Assembly: GCA_002321305.1 (NCBI GenBank)
Contig: DCMF01000013.1
Coordinates: 1 to 60,092 of the forward strand
DNA from: Verrucomicrobia bacterium UBA1629
Lineage (GTDB): Bacteria > Verrucomicrobiota > Kiritimatiellia > RFP12 > UBA1067
DNA length: 60,092 nucleotides
Direction: 5' to 3'
Positions 17,195-26,095 of this stretch are shown in pieces. A program made the position numbers and the translations under genes. Numbering within the stretch: the first letter of the stretch is position 1; the number at the start of each line of letters is the position of its first letter. The notes under the pieces were generated by a model. The model saw only the letters and a program-made list of their open reading frames with translations. It was not told where the DNA came from and did not search any database.

Positions 17195-17203
17195 TGGTAT
17201 AAT
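17195..17203 (+). promoter_or_regulatory. extended -10 promoter (TGgTATAAT)
   Basis: tggtataat lies 21 nt before ATG 17225, with SD gggagg in between. Confidence 0.55.
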
Positions 17204-17224
17204 GCGGATTCGGGAGGTGCGAAG

Positions 17225-17962
17225 ATGATCTTGTTTGGCTTTCGGAACAGGGCACAGGCGGAGGCGTCCGCGCCGCCGCAGAACGGGTGCGCGGCTCATT
17301 CCGTCTCGAAAAGCGAGACGGGGCTGGTGCGCACCGACAACCAGGATCACCTCTTCGTCGATGACGAACGTCTCGTCTACTGCGTGGCGGACGGCGTGGG
17401 CGGCGGCGCGGAAGGCGCGCGGGCGAGCGAGATCGTCTGCGCGAACCTGAAGATGGTCACGTATGCGGCGGCGGACACGTTCAAGGCCCGCACGTCGGCG
17501 GTTCAGAAGGCCATCGAGGACGCGAATGCGGCCTTGTTCGCCTATGCCCGCGAGAAGGGCGTGCCGCTCGTGGCCTCGACGGTCGCGGCGCTCGTGCTCG
17601 ATCCGGCGAACCCGCGCCATGCGGCGATCTGCAACGTCGGCGACAGCCGCATCTACCGCTTCCGGCGCGGCATGCCAGAACTGCTGACGCATGACCACCG
17701 CCTCGGCGGCGGCAGCCATGCGCTCACGCGCACGATCGGCGCGGCGGAGACGGTGCGCGTCGAATGGACGGAACTCGAATCGACGGACGCCTCGCGCTTC
17801 CTTCTCTGCACGGACGGCGTGCACGACGTCGTCTCGGCCGGGCGTCTCGCCGTTTTCGTGTCCGCCGCGCCGACGCTGGACGCGGCGGCGGAGCGCATTG
17901 CGGCGGATGTCGTCCGCCACGGCGCGCCCGACAACTATTCCTTTGTCCTGCTGGGCGTCTGA
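17225..17962 (+). CDS. PP2C-family Ser/Thr protein phosphatase
   Basis: VADGVGGG, NVGDSRIY and CTDGVHD motifs. Confidence 0.85.
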   Translation: MILFGFRNRAQAEASAPPQNGCAAHSVSKSETGLVRTDNQDHLFVDDERLVYCVADGVGGGAEGARASEIVCANLKMVTYAAADTFKARTSAVQKAIEDANAALFAYAREKGVPLVASTVAALVLDPANPRHAAICNVGDSRIYRFRRGMPELLTHDHRLGGGSHALTRTIGAAETVRVEWTELESTDASRFLLCTDGVHDVVSAGRLAVFVSAAPTLDAAAERIAADVVRHGAPDNYSFVLLGV

Positions 17963-18007
17963 CAGCTGTCCTTGGCAAGGCCCGAATCGGATTCATCGCG
18001 CCCTTTT

Positions 18008-18016
18008 TGGTATACT
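18008..18016 (+). promoter_or_regulatory. extended -10 promoter (TGgTATACT) upstream of nadB
   Basis: tggtatact, followed by an ~80-nt leader containing short uORFs. Confidence 0.5.
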
Positions 18017-18100
18017 ATGCGGAGTGCAAGATGAAGGACTGATGATGAACAGACACCAGAATTCGCGACTGGCCGCGTGGCCGGACAGAAGGAGCATGGC

Positions 18101-19738
18101 GTGAGGACCGTCGACTGCGACTATCTCGTCGTCGGGTCCGGCATGGCGGGCCTCATGAGCGCGCTTCACCTCGCCGCGTACGGCAAGGTCGCCGTCGTGA
18201 CGAAGGCGCGGCTTCAGGACTGCAACTCGAACTTCGCGCAGGGCGGCATCTGCTGCGTGGCGGATCCGGCGGACACCTTCGACAGGCACGCGCGCGACAC
18301 GATGATCGCCGGCGCGTGGCTCGGCAAGACCGAGGTCGTCCACGAGATCTGCGAGAACGCGCCCGCCGGCATCCAGGACCTCATCGACTGCGGCGTGCGC
18401 TTCGCGAAGAAGGAGGACGGCGCGTGGGACCTGACGCGCGAGGGCGGCCACAGCGCGCGGCGCATCTTCCACGCCGGCGACATCACGGGCGAGAAGTGCG
18501 AGGCGGCGATGATCCGCCGCGTGAAGCGCGAGAAGGCGATCGAGGTGCGCGAGCAGACGATCGTCATCGACCTCGTCATGTCCAACCGCATCGGCCTCAG
18601 GGGCGAGAAGCGCTGCGTGGGCGCGTACGTCATGGACAAGCCGACGGGCGAGATCTACGCGATCCGTTCGCCGAACACGATCCTCGCGACGGGCGGCTGC
18701 GGCAAGGTCTACCTCTACACGTGCAACCCCGACACGGCGACGGGCGACGGCATCGCGCTCGCGTGGCGCGCGGGGGCGAAGATCGAGAACATGGAGTTCA
18801 TCCAGTTCCACCCGACCTGCCTCTACCATCCGCAGGCGAAGCGCTTCCTCATCTCCGAGGCGGTGCGCGGCGAGGGGGCCGTCCTCGTCAACAAGCACGG
18901 CAAGGAATTCATGCGGAAGTACGATCCGCGCGGCTCGCTCGCGCCGCGCGACATCGTGGCGCGCTCGATCGACTCGGAGATGAAGCGCACGGGCGACGAC
19001 TGCATGTTCCTCGACATCCGCAAGAAGGGGGCGGACTACCTGAAGGCGCGCTTCCCGAACATCTACGCGAAGTGCCTCTCCTTCGGCATCGACATGGCGA
19101 AAGACCTCATCCCCGTCGTCCCCGCCGCGCACTACACCTGCGGCGGCATCCAGGCGACGACGGACGGGCGCACGTCGATTCGCGGGCTCTCTGCCGTCGG
19201 CGAGTGCGCCTGCACGGGGCTGCACGGCGCGAACCGCCTCGCGTCCAACTCGCTCATGGAGGCCCTCGTCTGCGCGCGCCTCACCGCCGCCCGCCTCGGC
19301 CCGCATCCGGAAACCTTCCAACCTCCTAAACCTTCCAAACCTTCCGAACCTTCCGAACCTTCCGAACTCGCCGCACCTGCGATTCCCGACTGGAAGATCG
19401 GGAGCGCCGTGCCGCCGGACGAGGCGGTCCTGGTCTCGCACATGTGGGACGAGATCCGCCGCCTGATGTGGGACTACGTGGGCATCGTCCGCACGAACAA
19501 GCGGCTCGCGCGGGCGGCGCACCGGCTGCGGACGCTCCGCCGCGAGATCCACGACTACTACTTCCGCTATCTCGTCACGCCGGACACGCTGGAGCTGCGC
19601 AACCTCGCGGTCTGCGCGGAGCTGATCGTGAAGAGCGCGCAGAAGCGCCACGAGTCGCGCGGCCTCCACTACACCCTCGACTACCCCCGCCAGTCCAGGC
19701 GTCCGAAGCAGACGGTGCTCGATGGCTACCGGGGATGA
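18101..19738 (+). CDS. nadB: L-aspartate oxidase
   Basis: DYLVVGSGMAGL FAD motif, HYTCGG, and GANRLASNSL. GTG 18101 is preferred (SD aaggag 6 nt upstream). GTG 18077 is the ORF-track start. Confidence 0.92.
   Translation: MRTVDCDYLVVGSGMAGLMSALHLAAYGKVAVVTKARLQDCNSNFAQGGICCVADPADTFDRHARDTMIAGAWLGKTEVVHEICENAPAGIQDLIDCGVRFAKKEDGAWDLTREGGHSARRIFHAGDITGEKCEAAMIRRVKREKAIEVREQTIVIDLVMSNRIGLRGEKRCVGAYVMDKPTGEIYAIRSPNTILATGGCGKVYLYTCNPDTATGDGIALAWRAGAKIENMEFIQFHPTCLYHPQAKRFLISEAVRGEGAVLVNKHGKEFMRKYDPRGSLAPRDIVARSIDSEMKRTGDDCMFLDIRKKGADYLKARFPNIYAKCLSFGIDMAKDLIPVVPAAHYTCGGIQATTDGRTSIRGLSAVGECACTGLHGANRLASNSLMEALVCARLTAARLGPHPETFQPPKPSKPSEPSEPSELAAPAIPDWKIGSAVPPDEAVLVSHMWDEIRRLMWDYVGIVRTNKRLARAAHRLRTLRREIHDYYFRYLVTPDTLELRNLAVCAELIVKSAQKRHESRGLHYTLDYPRQSRRPKQTVLDGYRG
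19309..19368 (-). repeat. AACCTTCC (reverse of GGAAGGTT) 9-nt tandem array, in frame in nadB
   Basis: aaaccttcc aaaccttcc gaaccttcc gaaccttcc gaac encodes PKPSKPSEPSEPSE. Confidence 0.85.
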
Positions 19739-19793
19739 GGCGGCGCCGCGTCCGCCGACCGCAGGCCGGCAGACGGCGCACGACGCGAAGCTT

Positions 19794-19802
19794 TGATATA
19801 AT
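19794..19802 (+). promoter_or_regulatory. extended -10 promoter (TGaTATAAT)
   Basis: tgatataat lies 36 nt before ATG 19839, with SD ggag in between. Confidence 0.55.
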
Positions 19803-19838
19803 ACGGAAAACCAGAATCCCGTCAACGGAGAAAACACC

Positions 19839-21992
19839 ATGTCGCTGAACATCGTCACCCGCATCGACAACCGCGTCCCTGTGCGCAACGTCCTCATGTC
19901 CGTCTCGGACAAGACGGGGCTCGAAGCCTTCGTCCCCGCGCTCGTGAAGGCGTGCCCCGGCGTGAAGATCTACTCGACGGGCGGGACCTACGTGAAGGTG
20001 AAGGAGATTCTCGGCGACGCGGCGAAGGACACGCTCGTCGCCGTCTCCGACTACACGGGCCAGCCGGAAATGCAGGGCGGCCTCGTGAAGACGCTCGACT
20101 TCAAGATCTACCTCGGCCTCCTCTCCGAGACGTACAACGACGCGCACCAGGCCGACCTGCGCCGCCTCGCGGCGCATCCGTTCGACATGGTCGTCGTGAA
20201 CCTCTACCCGTTCCGCGAGACGGTCGCGAAGCCGGGCGTGACGCCGGAGATGGCGCGCACGAACATCGACATCGGCGGCCCCTGCATGGTGCGCGCGTCG
20301 GCGAAGAACTACCTGCGCGTCGCGTCCGTGACCGATCCGCTCGACTACCCGAACCTCGTCAACGAGCTGGCGGCGCACGACGGCACGCTCGGTCTCGACA
20401 CACGCTTCCGGCTCATGAAGAAGGCGTTCGCCCACACGGCGGAATACGACACGGCGATCGCGCGCTTCTTCACGACGCGCACGTGGGAGGAGGTCGAGAA
20501 GACCTACGAGACCGAACGTCGCTTCTCGCTCTTCGAGTCGTTCAAGCGCCTGCGCAAGGAGCAGGCTGGCGCGCCGGCGTTTCTCGTCACGTCGGGCGAC
20601 CGCTCGCTGCCGATCAACTGGCGGCAGTTCACGGATGACGTCGACCTCGTCGTGCGGCTCGTGCGGAAGTACGCGTCGGGCGAAAAGGTCGCGCTCCTGG
20701 GCGAGAACTCCTACGAGTGGTTCGTCGCGCACGTGGCGATCATGTTCGCGGGCGCGACGGTCATTCCGATGGACGTGAACCTGACGCCGGCGGAAATCGC
20801 CGCGCGCATCCAGTTCACGGGGGCAAGCGTGCTCGTCTACTCGGCCCTCTACTGCGAGAAGGCGCACGCCGTGCGCGACCTCTGCCCCGGCCTCAAGACG
20901 GGCGGCTTCGGCTCCATCAAGACGGAGCGCTTCCTCGACAAGGTGCGCGGGCTCGTGCAGCCGCAGGAGAGCATCTGGGACGCGGACCGGATCGACACGT
21001 CGCGCACGTCGATGATCATGTTCACGAGCGGCACGACGAGCGAGCCGCGCGGCGCGGAGCTGACGATCGCCGGCATCGAGGCGTTCGTCGCGTCCTACGC
21101 CGCCGCGCTGGAGACGAAGCCGGGCGACCGCTCGCTCATGCTGCTGCCGCTTCACCACATCTACGGCTGTTGCGCGTCGTACTTCTTTCTGTCGCAGGGC
21201 GTCGCGCTCGGCGTCTGCCCCGACTTCCGCCGCGTCTACGATGCCGTGGAGCGCTTCCGCGTCAACGTTCTCGCGCTCGTGCCGGCGCTCGCCGATTTGC
21301 TCTCGAAGAAGATCGCCCAACGCGGCGCGACGGCCGAGGCCGCGCTCGGCCAGCCGATCGACTGGATTCTCGTCGGCGGCGCGCCGATGTCGCCGTGCGC
21401 CTACGATCGCCTGACGGCGCAGGGCGTGAAGGTGCTGGGCGCCTACGGACTCACCGAGACGTCGGCGATCTATTCGGTCGGCCCGGCGGCGGGCGACCTG
21501 CGCGCCGGATGCGCCGGACACGTCACGCAGTGCCCGTCCCTCGAGACGAAGGTGTCCGAGACGGGCGAGCTGCTGATTCGCGGCCCGGCGGTGATGAAGG
21601 GCTACTACAAGATGCCGGAGCGCACGGCGCAGGTGATTGACGCGGACGGCTGGTTCCACACGGGCGACCTGGGGCGCATCGACGCGGACGGCTCCGTCTG
21701 GATCACGGGGCGCCGCTCGCGCACGATTGTCCTGTCGAGCGGCAAGAAGGTCGCGCCGGAGGAGCTGGAGGCGCAGATTCTCGCGCTCCCCGGCATCTGC
21801 GAAGTTGTCGTGTCTGGCGAAGGCGAATCGCGCGAGATCAAGGCCGAGGTGTACGGCGAGGCGTCCGAGGAGGCGATCCGCCGCGCGATCGGCGAGCTGA
21901 ACCTGACGCTGCCCGTCTACAAGCGCGTGAAGACGGTTGTCGTGCGCACCGAGCCGTTCCCGCGCACGTCGTCCGGCAAGATCAAGGTCTGA
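19839..21992 (+). CDS. fusion protein: PurH-type IMP cyclohydrolase (MGS-like) domain plus AMP-forming acyl-CoA synthetase
   Basis: Residues ~15-215: VLMSVSDKTGL, STGGT, DYTGQPEMQGGLVKTL, VVVNLYPF, NIDIGGPCMVRASAKN and AFAHTAEYD, as in the PurH N-terminus. Residues ~230-717: FTSGTTSEPRG, YGLTETS, WFHTGDLG and SSGKIK, the adenylate-forming signatures. Single uninterrupted ORF. Confidence 0.8.
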   Translation: MSLNIVTRIDNRVPVRNVLMSVSDKTGLEAFVPALVKACPGVKIYSTGGTYVKVKEILGDAAKDTLVAVSDYTGQPEMQGGLVKTLDFKIYLGLLSETYNDAHQADLRRLAAHPFDMVVVNLYPFRETVAKPGVTPEMARTNIDIGGPCMVRASAKNYLRVASVTDPLDYPNLVNELAAHDGTLGLDTRFRLMKKAFAHTAEYDTAIARFFTTRTWEEVEKTYETERRFSLFESFKRLRKEQAGAPAFLVTSGDRSLPINWRQFTDDVDLVVRLVRKYASGEKVALLGENSYEWFVAHVAIMFAGATVIPMDVNLTPAEIAARIQFTGASVLVYSALYCEKAHAVRDLCPGLKTGGFGSIKTERFLDKVRGLVQPQESIWDADRIDTSRTSMIMFTSGTTSEPRGAELTIAGIEAFVASYAAALETKPGDRSLMLLPLHHIYGCCASYFFLSQGVALGVCPDFRRVYDAVERFRVNVLALVPALADLLSKKIAQRGATAEAALGQPIDWILVGGAPMSPCAYDRLTAQGVKVLGAYGLTETSAIYSVGPAAGDLRAGCAGHVTQCPSLETKVSETGELLIRGPAVMKGYYKMPERTAQVIDADGWFHTGDLGRIDADGSVWITGRRSRTIVLSSGKKVAPEELEAQILALPGICEVVVSGEGESREIKAEVYGEASEEAIRRAIGELNLTLPVYKRVKTVVVRTEPFPRTSSGKIKV

Positions 21993-22001
21993 CGGCGAAC
22001 C

Positions 22002-22991
22002 ATGCGTTTCGTCAACCCATTCTTCCTCGTTCTCGTCGCCCTCGTTCCGTTCGTGGGGCTGTGGTGGGCGTTCCTGCGCGCGCGGCGCGAGAAGGCCCTG
22101 ACGAAGATTACGCTGTCCGTGCCGAAGTCGGCGTCCGCCGGGCTTCAGATGACGCTCGTTCTCGCGGGCCTCGCGCTCGTGCTGTTCGCCGCGTCGCGTC
22201 CCCAGTGGGGCAAGGTGACGGAGAAGGTCGTCGAGCGTTCGCGCAATGTCGTCGTCGCGATTGACGTCTCGCGCTCGATGCTCGCGGCGGACGTGCGGCC
22301 GAACCGCCTGGAGCGCGCGAAGGCCGACGTTGCCGACCTCATTGATTCGCTGAAGGGTGATCGGTGTGCGCTCGTCGCGTTCCGTCGGACGGGCGTGCAG
22401 ATCTGTCCGCTCACGACCGACCGCGCGTTTCTGCGGAGCGCGCTGGAGCAGATGACGGTCGAGTCCGCCCCGCGTGGCGAGACGGATCTCGGCAGCGCGA
22501 TTCGTGCGTCGCTCGACGCGCTCGATCCGGCGGCGGACGACCATAACGCGATCATCATGATTTCCGACGGCGGCGACCTGCGCGGCGAGGCGCTGTCGAA
22601 CGCGGAACTGGCGAAGAAGCGCGGCATCCCGATCTTCACCGTCGGCATCGGCGACCCGCGCGTCGGTGCGCCGATGCCGTCCGAGGACGGACGCGGCTAT
22701 CTGAAATACAAGGGCGAGGTCGTGAAGGTGAAGCTGGAGGAGTCGGCGCTCAAGGCGATTGCCGAAGCCTCGAAGGGGCGCTACGTGCCACTTGCGACGG
22801 CGGGCACGACCGAGACGACGTTGGGGTCGATCTACAGGAAGTTCCTGCGGCAGGTCGCCGCGAAGGAGCAGAACGAGGAGGCGGAGCGCGCCGCCGAACG
22901 CTATCAGGTCTTTCTCGTGCCGGGGCTCGCGCTGCTCCTGGCGGGCGCCGCGTTGTCCAAGGGCCGTTTCGGCGGAGGAAAGACGAAATGA
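22002..22991 (+). CDS. VWA domain protein (BatA-like)
   Basis: N-terminal TM segment and a MIDAS motif VVAIDVSRSM. Matches the BatA/BatB pattern. Confidence 0.8.
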   Translation: MRFVNPFFLVLVALVPFVGLWWAFLRARREKALTKITLSVPKSASAGLQMTLVLAGLALVLFAASRPQWGKVTEKVVERSRNVVVAIDVSRSMLAADVRPNRLERAKADVADLIDSLKGDRCALVAFRRTGVQICPLTTDRAFLRSALEQMTVESAPRGETDLGSAIRASLDALDPAADDHNAIIMISDGGDLRGEALSNAELAKKRGIPIFTVGIGDPRVGAPMPSEDGRGYLKYKGEVVKVKLEESALKAIAEASKGRYVPLATAGTTETTLGSIYRKFLRQVAAKEQNEEAERAAERYQVFLVPGLALLLAGAALSKGRFGGGKTK

Positions 22992-23992
22992 CAAAAGACA
23001 CCTCTCGTTTCAAGGCCGTCATCCTCGCGGGCGGGTCGGGCGAGCGGTTCTGGCCGCTCTCGACGCCGGAGAAGCCCAAGCAGTTCCTGCGCGTGTTCGG
23101 AGGTGAGAGCCTGATTCGCCAGAGTGTCTTGCGCCTCGGAGGCCTCGTGCGTCCCGAAGACGTCTTCGTCATCACGTCCAAGGCGCTCGTCGCGGCGACG
23201 CGGCGCGAACTGCCGGAGATTCCGAAGGGGAACATTCTCGGCGAGCCGATGCGCCGCGACACGGGCGCGGCGGTGGCGCTGGGCGTCGGCGTCGCGGGAC
23301 GCGGCGCGAATCCCGTGATCGGCTTCTTCCCGGCCGACCAGATGGTGACGAAGCCCAAGGCGTTCGCGCGGGCCGTCAGGACGGCGGTGGCGCGGGCGAA
23401 GAGGCGCGCGGCGATCGTCACGCTCGGCATCCGCCCCGAATATCCGGCGACGGGCTTCGGCTACGTCGATCCGGCGTCCGGACGGTTCGTCGAGAAGCCG
23501 GACGAGAAGCGGGCGCGCGCTTATCTCAAGAGGGGCTACCTCTGGAACGCGGGCATGTTCATCGCCCGCGCGGAGGCGTTTCGCGCGGCGTTCGCGTCTT
23601 ACGCGCCCGCGCTCGCGCCGCTCGCGTCTTCGTCCGGTGCGTCCCTCGCGAAGCTTTACGCGGCCCTGCCGCGCATTTCCTTCGACTTCGCCGTCATGGA
23701 GAAGCTGTCGCGCGTCGAGGTCGTCGCGGCGGACTGCGGCTGGGACGACGTCGGCAGCTACGGCGCGTTCGACCGCTACTTCCCGCACGACACGCGCGGC
23801 AACGTGCGCGAAGGCCCCTGCACGGTCGTCGAGGCGGACGGCAACATCTGCATCGCGCGCGCGGCGCGCATTTCGCTGCTCGGCGTGAAGAACCTCGTCG
23901 TCGTCACGACGCCTGACGCCGTCCTCGTCGCGGACAAGTTGCGCCTCGCCGAGATGAAGCGGCTGTTCGGTACGCCGTGCGTTCGCTCATGA
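22988..23992 (+). CDS. mannose-1-phosphate guanylyltransferase (nucleotidyltransferase domain)
   Basis: AVILAGGSGERFWPLS, EKPKQF, GFGYV and WNAGMF. Confidence 0.85.
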   Translation: MTKDTSRFKAVILAGGSGERFWPLSTPEKPKQFLRVFGGESLIRQSVLRLGGLVRPEDVFVITSKALVAATRRELPEIPKGNILGEPMRRDTGAAVALGVGVAGRGANPVIGFFPADQMVTKPKAFARAVRTAVARAKRRAAIVTLGIRPEYPATGFGYVDPASGRFVEKPDEKRARAYLKRGYLWNAGMFIARAEAFRAAFASYAPALAPLASSSGASLAKLYAALPRISFDFAVMEKLSRVEVVAADCGWDDVGSYGAFDRYFPHDTRGNVREGPCTVVEADGNICIARAARISLLGVKNLVVVTTPDAVLVADKLRLAEMKRLFGTPCVRS

Positions 23993-24732
23993 AACGCAAG
24001 TACAAAGTCGTTCTGGCCTACGATGGCACAGGCTACTCCGGCTGGCAGTACCAGGAGAACGCCGTCGGCATCCAGCAGGTCGTCGAGGAGGCCCTCGCCT
24101 ATCTGGAGGGCGCGCCCGTGCGCATCTTCGGCTCGTCGCGGACGGACGCGGGCGTGCATGCCGTCGGGTTCGTCGGGCACTTCCACCTGACGAAGCCGAT
24201 CCCTCCGAAGAACCTCGTGCGCGCGATGAATTCGCAGCTGCCGGAGGCGGTGCGCGTGCTGAAGGCGGCGTATGCGGCGGAGGACTTCGACGCGCGGCTT
24301 TCGGCGAAGGGGAAGGAGTACCGCTACCAGCTCTACCAGGCGGACATCCTGCCGCCGCACCTTGCGCCCTACTGGACGTTCTGCCACCGTCCGCTCGACC
24401 TCGCGGCCATGCAGGCGGCGGCGCGCCACTTCGTCGGCGAGCACGACTTCCTCTCGTTCGCCGCGAACCCGAACCGCGAGCTGGAGACGACGGTGCGGCG
24501 CATCTTCTCCTTCGACGTGAAGCGGGTCGGGCACCGCTACACGTTCGTCGTGCGCGGCGACGGCTTCCTCTACAAGCAGGTGCGCTCGATGGTCGGCTTC
24601 CTCATCTCCGTCGGCAAGGGGAACGAGCGACCGGAGGCCGTGCGCGAGCTGCTGGCGACGCATCCGCCGCGCACGGCCCGCGTCGAGACGGCCCCCGCGC
24701 GCGGTCTCTTCCTCTGGAAGGTTTTCTATTGA
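23989..24732 (+). CDS. truA: tRNA pseudouridine(38-40) synthase
   Basis: LAYDGTGYSGWQYQ and SSRTDAGVHA. ATG 23989 gives an ATGA overlap with the upstream stop. Confidence 0.9.
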   Translation: MKRKYKVVLAYDGTGYSGWQYQENAVGIQQVVEEALAYLEGAPVRIFGSSRTDAGVHAVGFVGHFHLTKPIPPKNLVRAMNSQLPEAVRVLKAAYAAEDFDARLSAKGKEYRYQLYQADILPPHLAPYWTFCHRPLDLAAMQAAARHFVGEHDFLSFAANPNRELETTVRRIFSFDVKRVGHRYTFVVRGDGFLYKQVRSMVGFLISVGKGNERPEAVRELLATHPPRTARVETAPARGLFLWKVFY

Positions 24733-24744
24733 GGGGGCGCATAC

Positions 24745-25266
24745 GTGGAGAGCAGGCTCACCAAAGCCTTTACCTGTACCGGGCCGTATGCGATTCTGAT
24801 CATGCTTGGCATCAAGCGTGTGGAGAACCGCAGCGCGCTGCCGGATCCGCAGCGGGGGCGTTGCGCCGTCAGCTGCTCGAAGTCCTTCTGCAGGGAGGAG
24901 TACGGCGCGTTTGTCCACTGGGCGTCACGGGCGCTTTCCGAAAGGGCCTTTGAGTTGATCCCGCCGTGGGCGAACGTGAAGGACTGGCCGGGCAAGATCG
25001 TCGGCGCGTGCGACTATGCGGTGCGCGGACGGCACGACCTGGTCCTGGAGTCGGAAGCGGCGCGTTCGGCGGACGTGTCCAGTCGTCGTCCGCAACGGAG
25101 CGCGTCCCTCCCGTGGGACGAGGGGTATCCGTACTGGTGGGACCTGTCCGAAATCGTCTGCTTTGACCGTCCGATCCCCTGTCGCGGCAACGTCGGGATG
25201 TGGCAATTGCCGCCCGCGCTCGTCGCCGAGGTCGCGCGGACGGACGCCCGTCTTCGCGCGCGTTGA
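24745..25266 (+). CDS. ASCH/PUA-like domain protein
   Basis: GTG start. AILIMLGIKRVENRS resembles the ASCH signature. Weak assignment. Confidence 0.45.
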   Translation: MESRLTKAFTCTGPYAILIMLGIKRVENRSALPDPQRGRCAVSCSKSFCREEYGAFVHWASRALSERAFELIPPWANVKDWPGKIVGACDYAVRGRHDLVLESEAARSADVSSRRPQRSASLPWDEGYPYWWDLSEIVCFDRPIPCRGNVGMWQLPPALVAEVARTDARLRAR

Positions 25267-25324
25267 ACCTTGCCTCGCGAGCCGCCGTGTGCGGGTCCTT
25301 GGCATGAAAGGGACGATGCGTTCG

Positions 25325-26095
25325 CTACGCGGTCGCCGGCCTGTCTGCACCGCGTTCAGCCAAGGGCATCAGCTGAGCCAGCAAGGCGATGGTGGCCGTG
25401 TCGGTACGCAGGATGCGAGACCCCAGCGAATAGTGGACAAAGCCTCGTGTTGCCAGAAGCGCCACCTCGTCATCCGTCCAGCCTCCCTCCGGCCCGATGG
25501 CCAACAGCAACCGGCCGCCCTTGGGGGAGGAAACGGGCTTGCCGCATCCGCAATCAGACGGCATTGCCGCAGCCTCATACGGATGCGCGACGAGGCGGCG
25601 TGTCGTCGGGAACGCCGCGTCCAGCTCATCCGCGACAAAGCGCCGGAAACCGCGCCGCGTCTCGAGCGTCGGCAAAAGCGACGAGACGCAGCCCTGCATC
25701 AGTCCATCGACGAGCAGCGGACGGTAGATTTCCTCCTTCAGCAGCGTCGCGCCCCAGAAGTCCTTCTCCACCTTCTGCGCGCCAACGAGGACGATCCGTC
25801 CGACGCCCAGCGTCGCGAGCTGCGGCAGCAGGCGTTTCAGGACGCGCGGACGCGGCGGCGCGAGGATGAGATCGACCCAGGGGGGCAGCGGCTCGTCGCC
25901 ATGGCGGACGCGCACCTTGACCGTCTCGCCCATCTCCAGGATCTCGGACGTGCCGAGCTTCCCGTTCAGTTCGCCCGTCTTCAGGACCTGGCCGACCTCG
26001 CCATGCAGGACCGTGCGGACGTGCTCCGCGCGCGCACCGCCAAAGACGGCCACGCCGTCCCGGATTTCGTCTGGCTCAAGGAGAATCCGGTTCAT
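25325..26095 (-). CDS. rsmE: 16S rRNA (uracil1498-N3)-methyltransferase
   Basis: Internal ATG (cat at 26093..26095) of ORF 25325..26740. MNRILLEP... and AIGPEGGW motifs. Confidence 0.85.
   Translation of the reverse strand: MNRILLEPDEIRDGVAVFGGARAEHVRTVLHGEVGQVLKTGELNGKLGTSEILEMGETVKVRVRHGDEPLPPWVDLILAPPRPRVLKRLLPQLATLGVGRIVLVGAQKVEKDFWGATLLKEEIYRPLLVDGLMQGCVSSLLPTLETRRGFRRFVADELDAAFPTTRRLVAHPYEAAAMPSDCGCGKPVSSPKGGRLLLAIGPEGGWTDDEVALLATRGFVHYSLGSRILRTDTATIALLAQLMPLAERGADRPATA

Noticed and set aside
19575-22994. 1139-aa minus-strand ORF spanning the nadB end, the fusion gene and the VWA gene
   Set aside because: It crosses three well-supported plus-strand genes and an intergenic promoter. 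Its composition is Arg/Ala/Glu-biased and without motifs, so it is a GC artefact.
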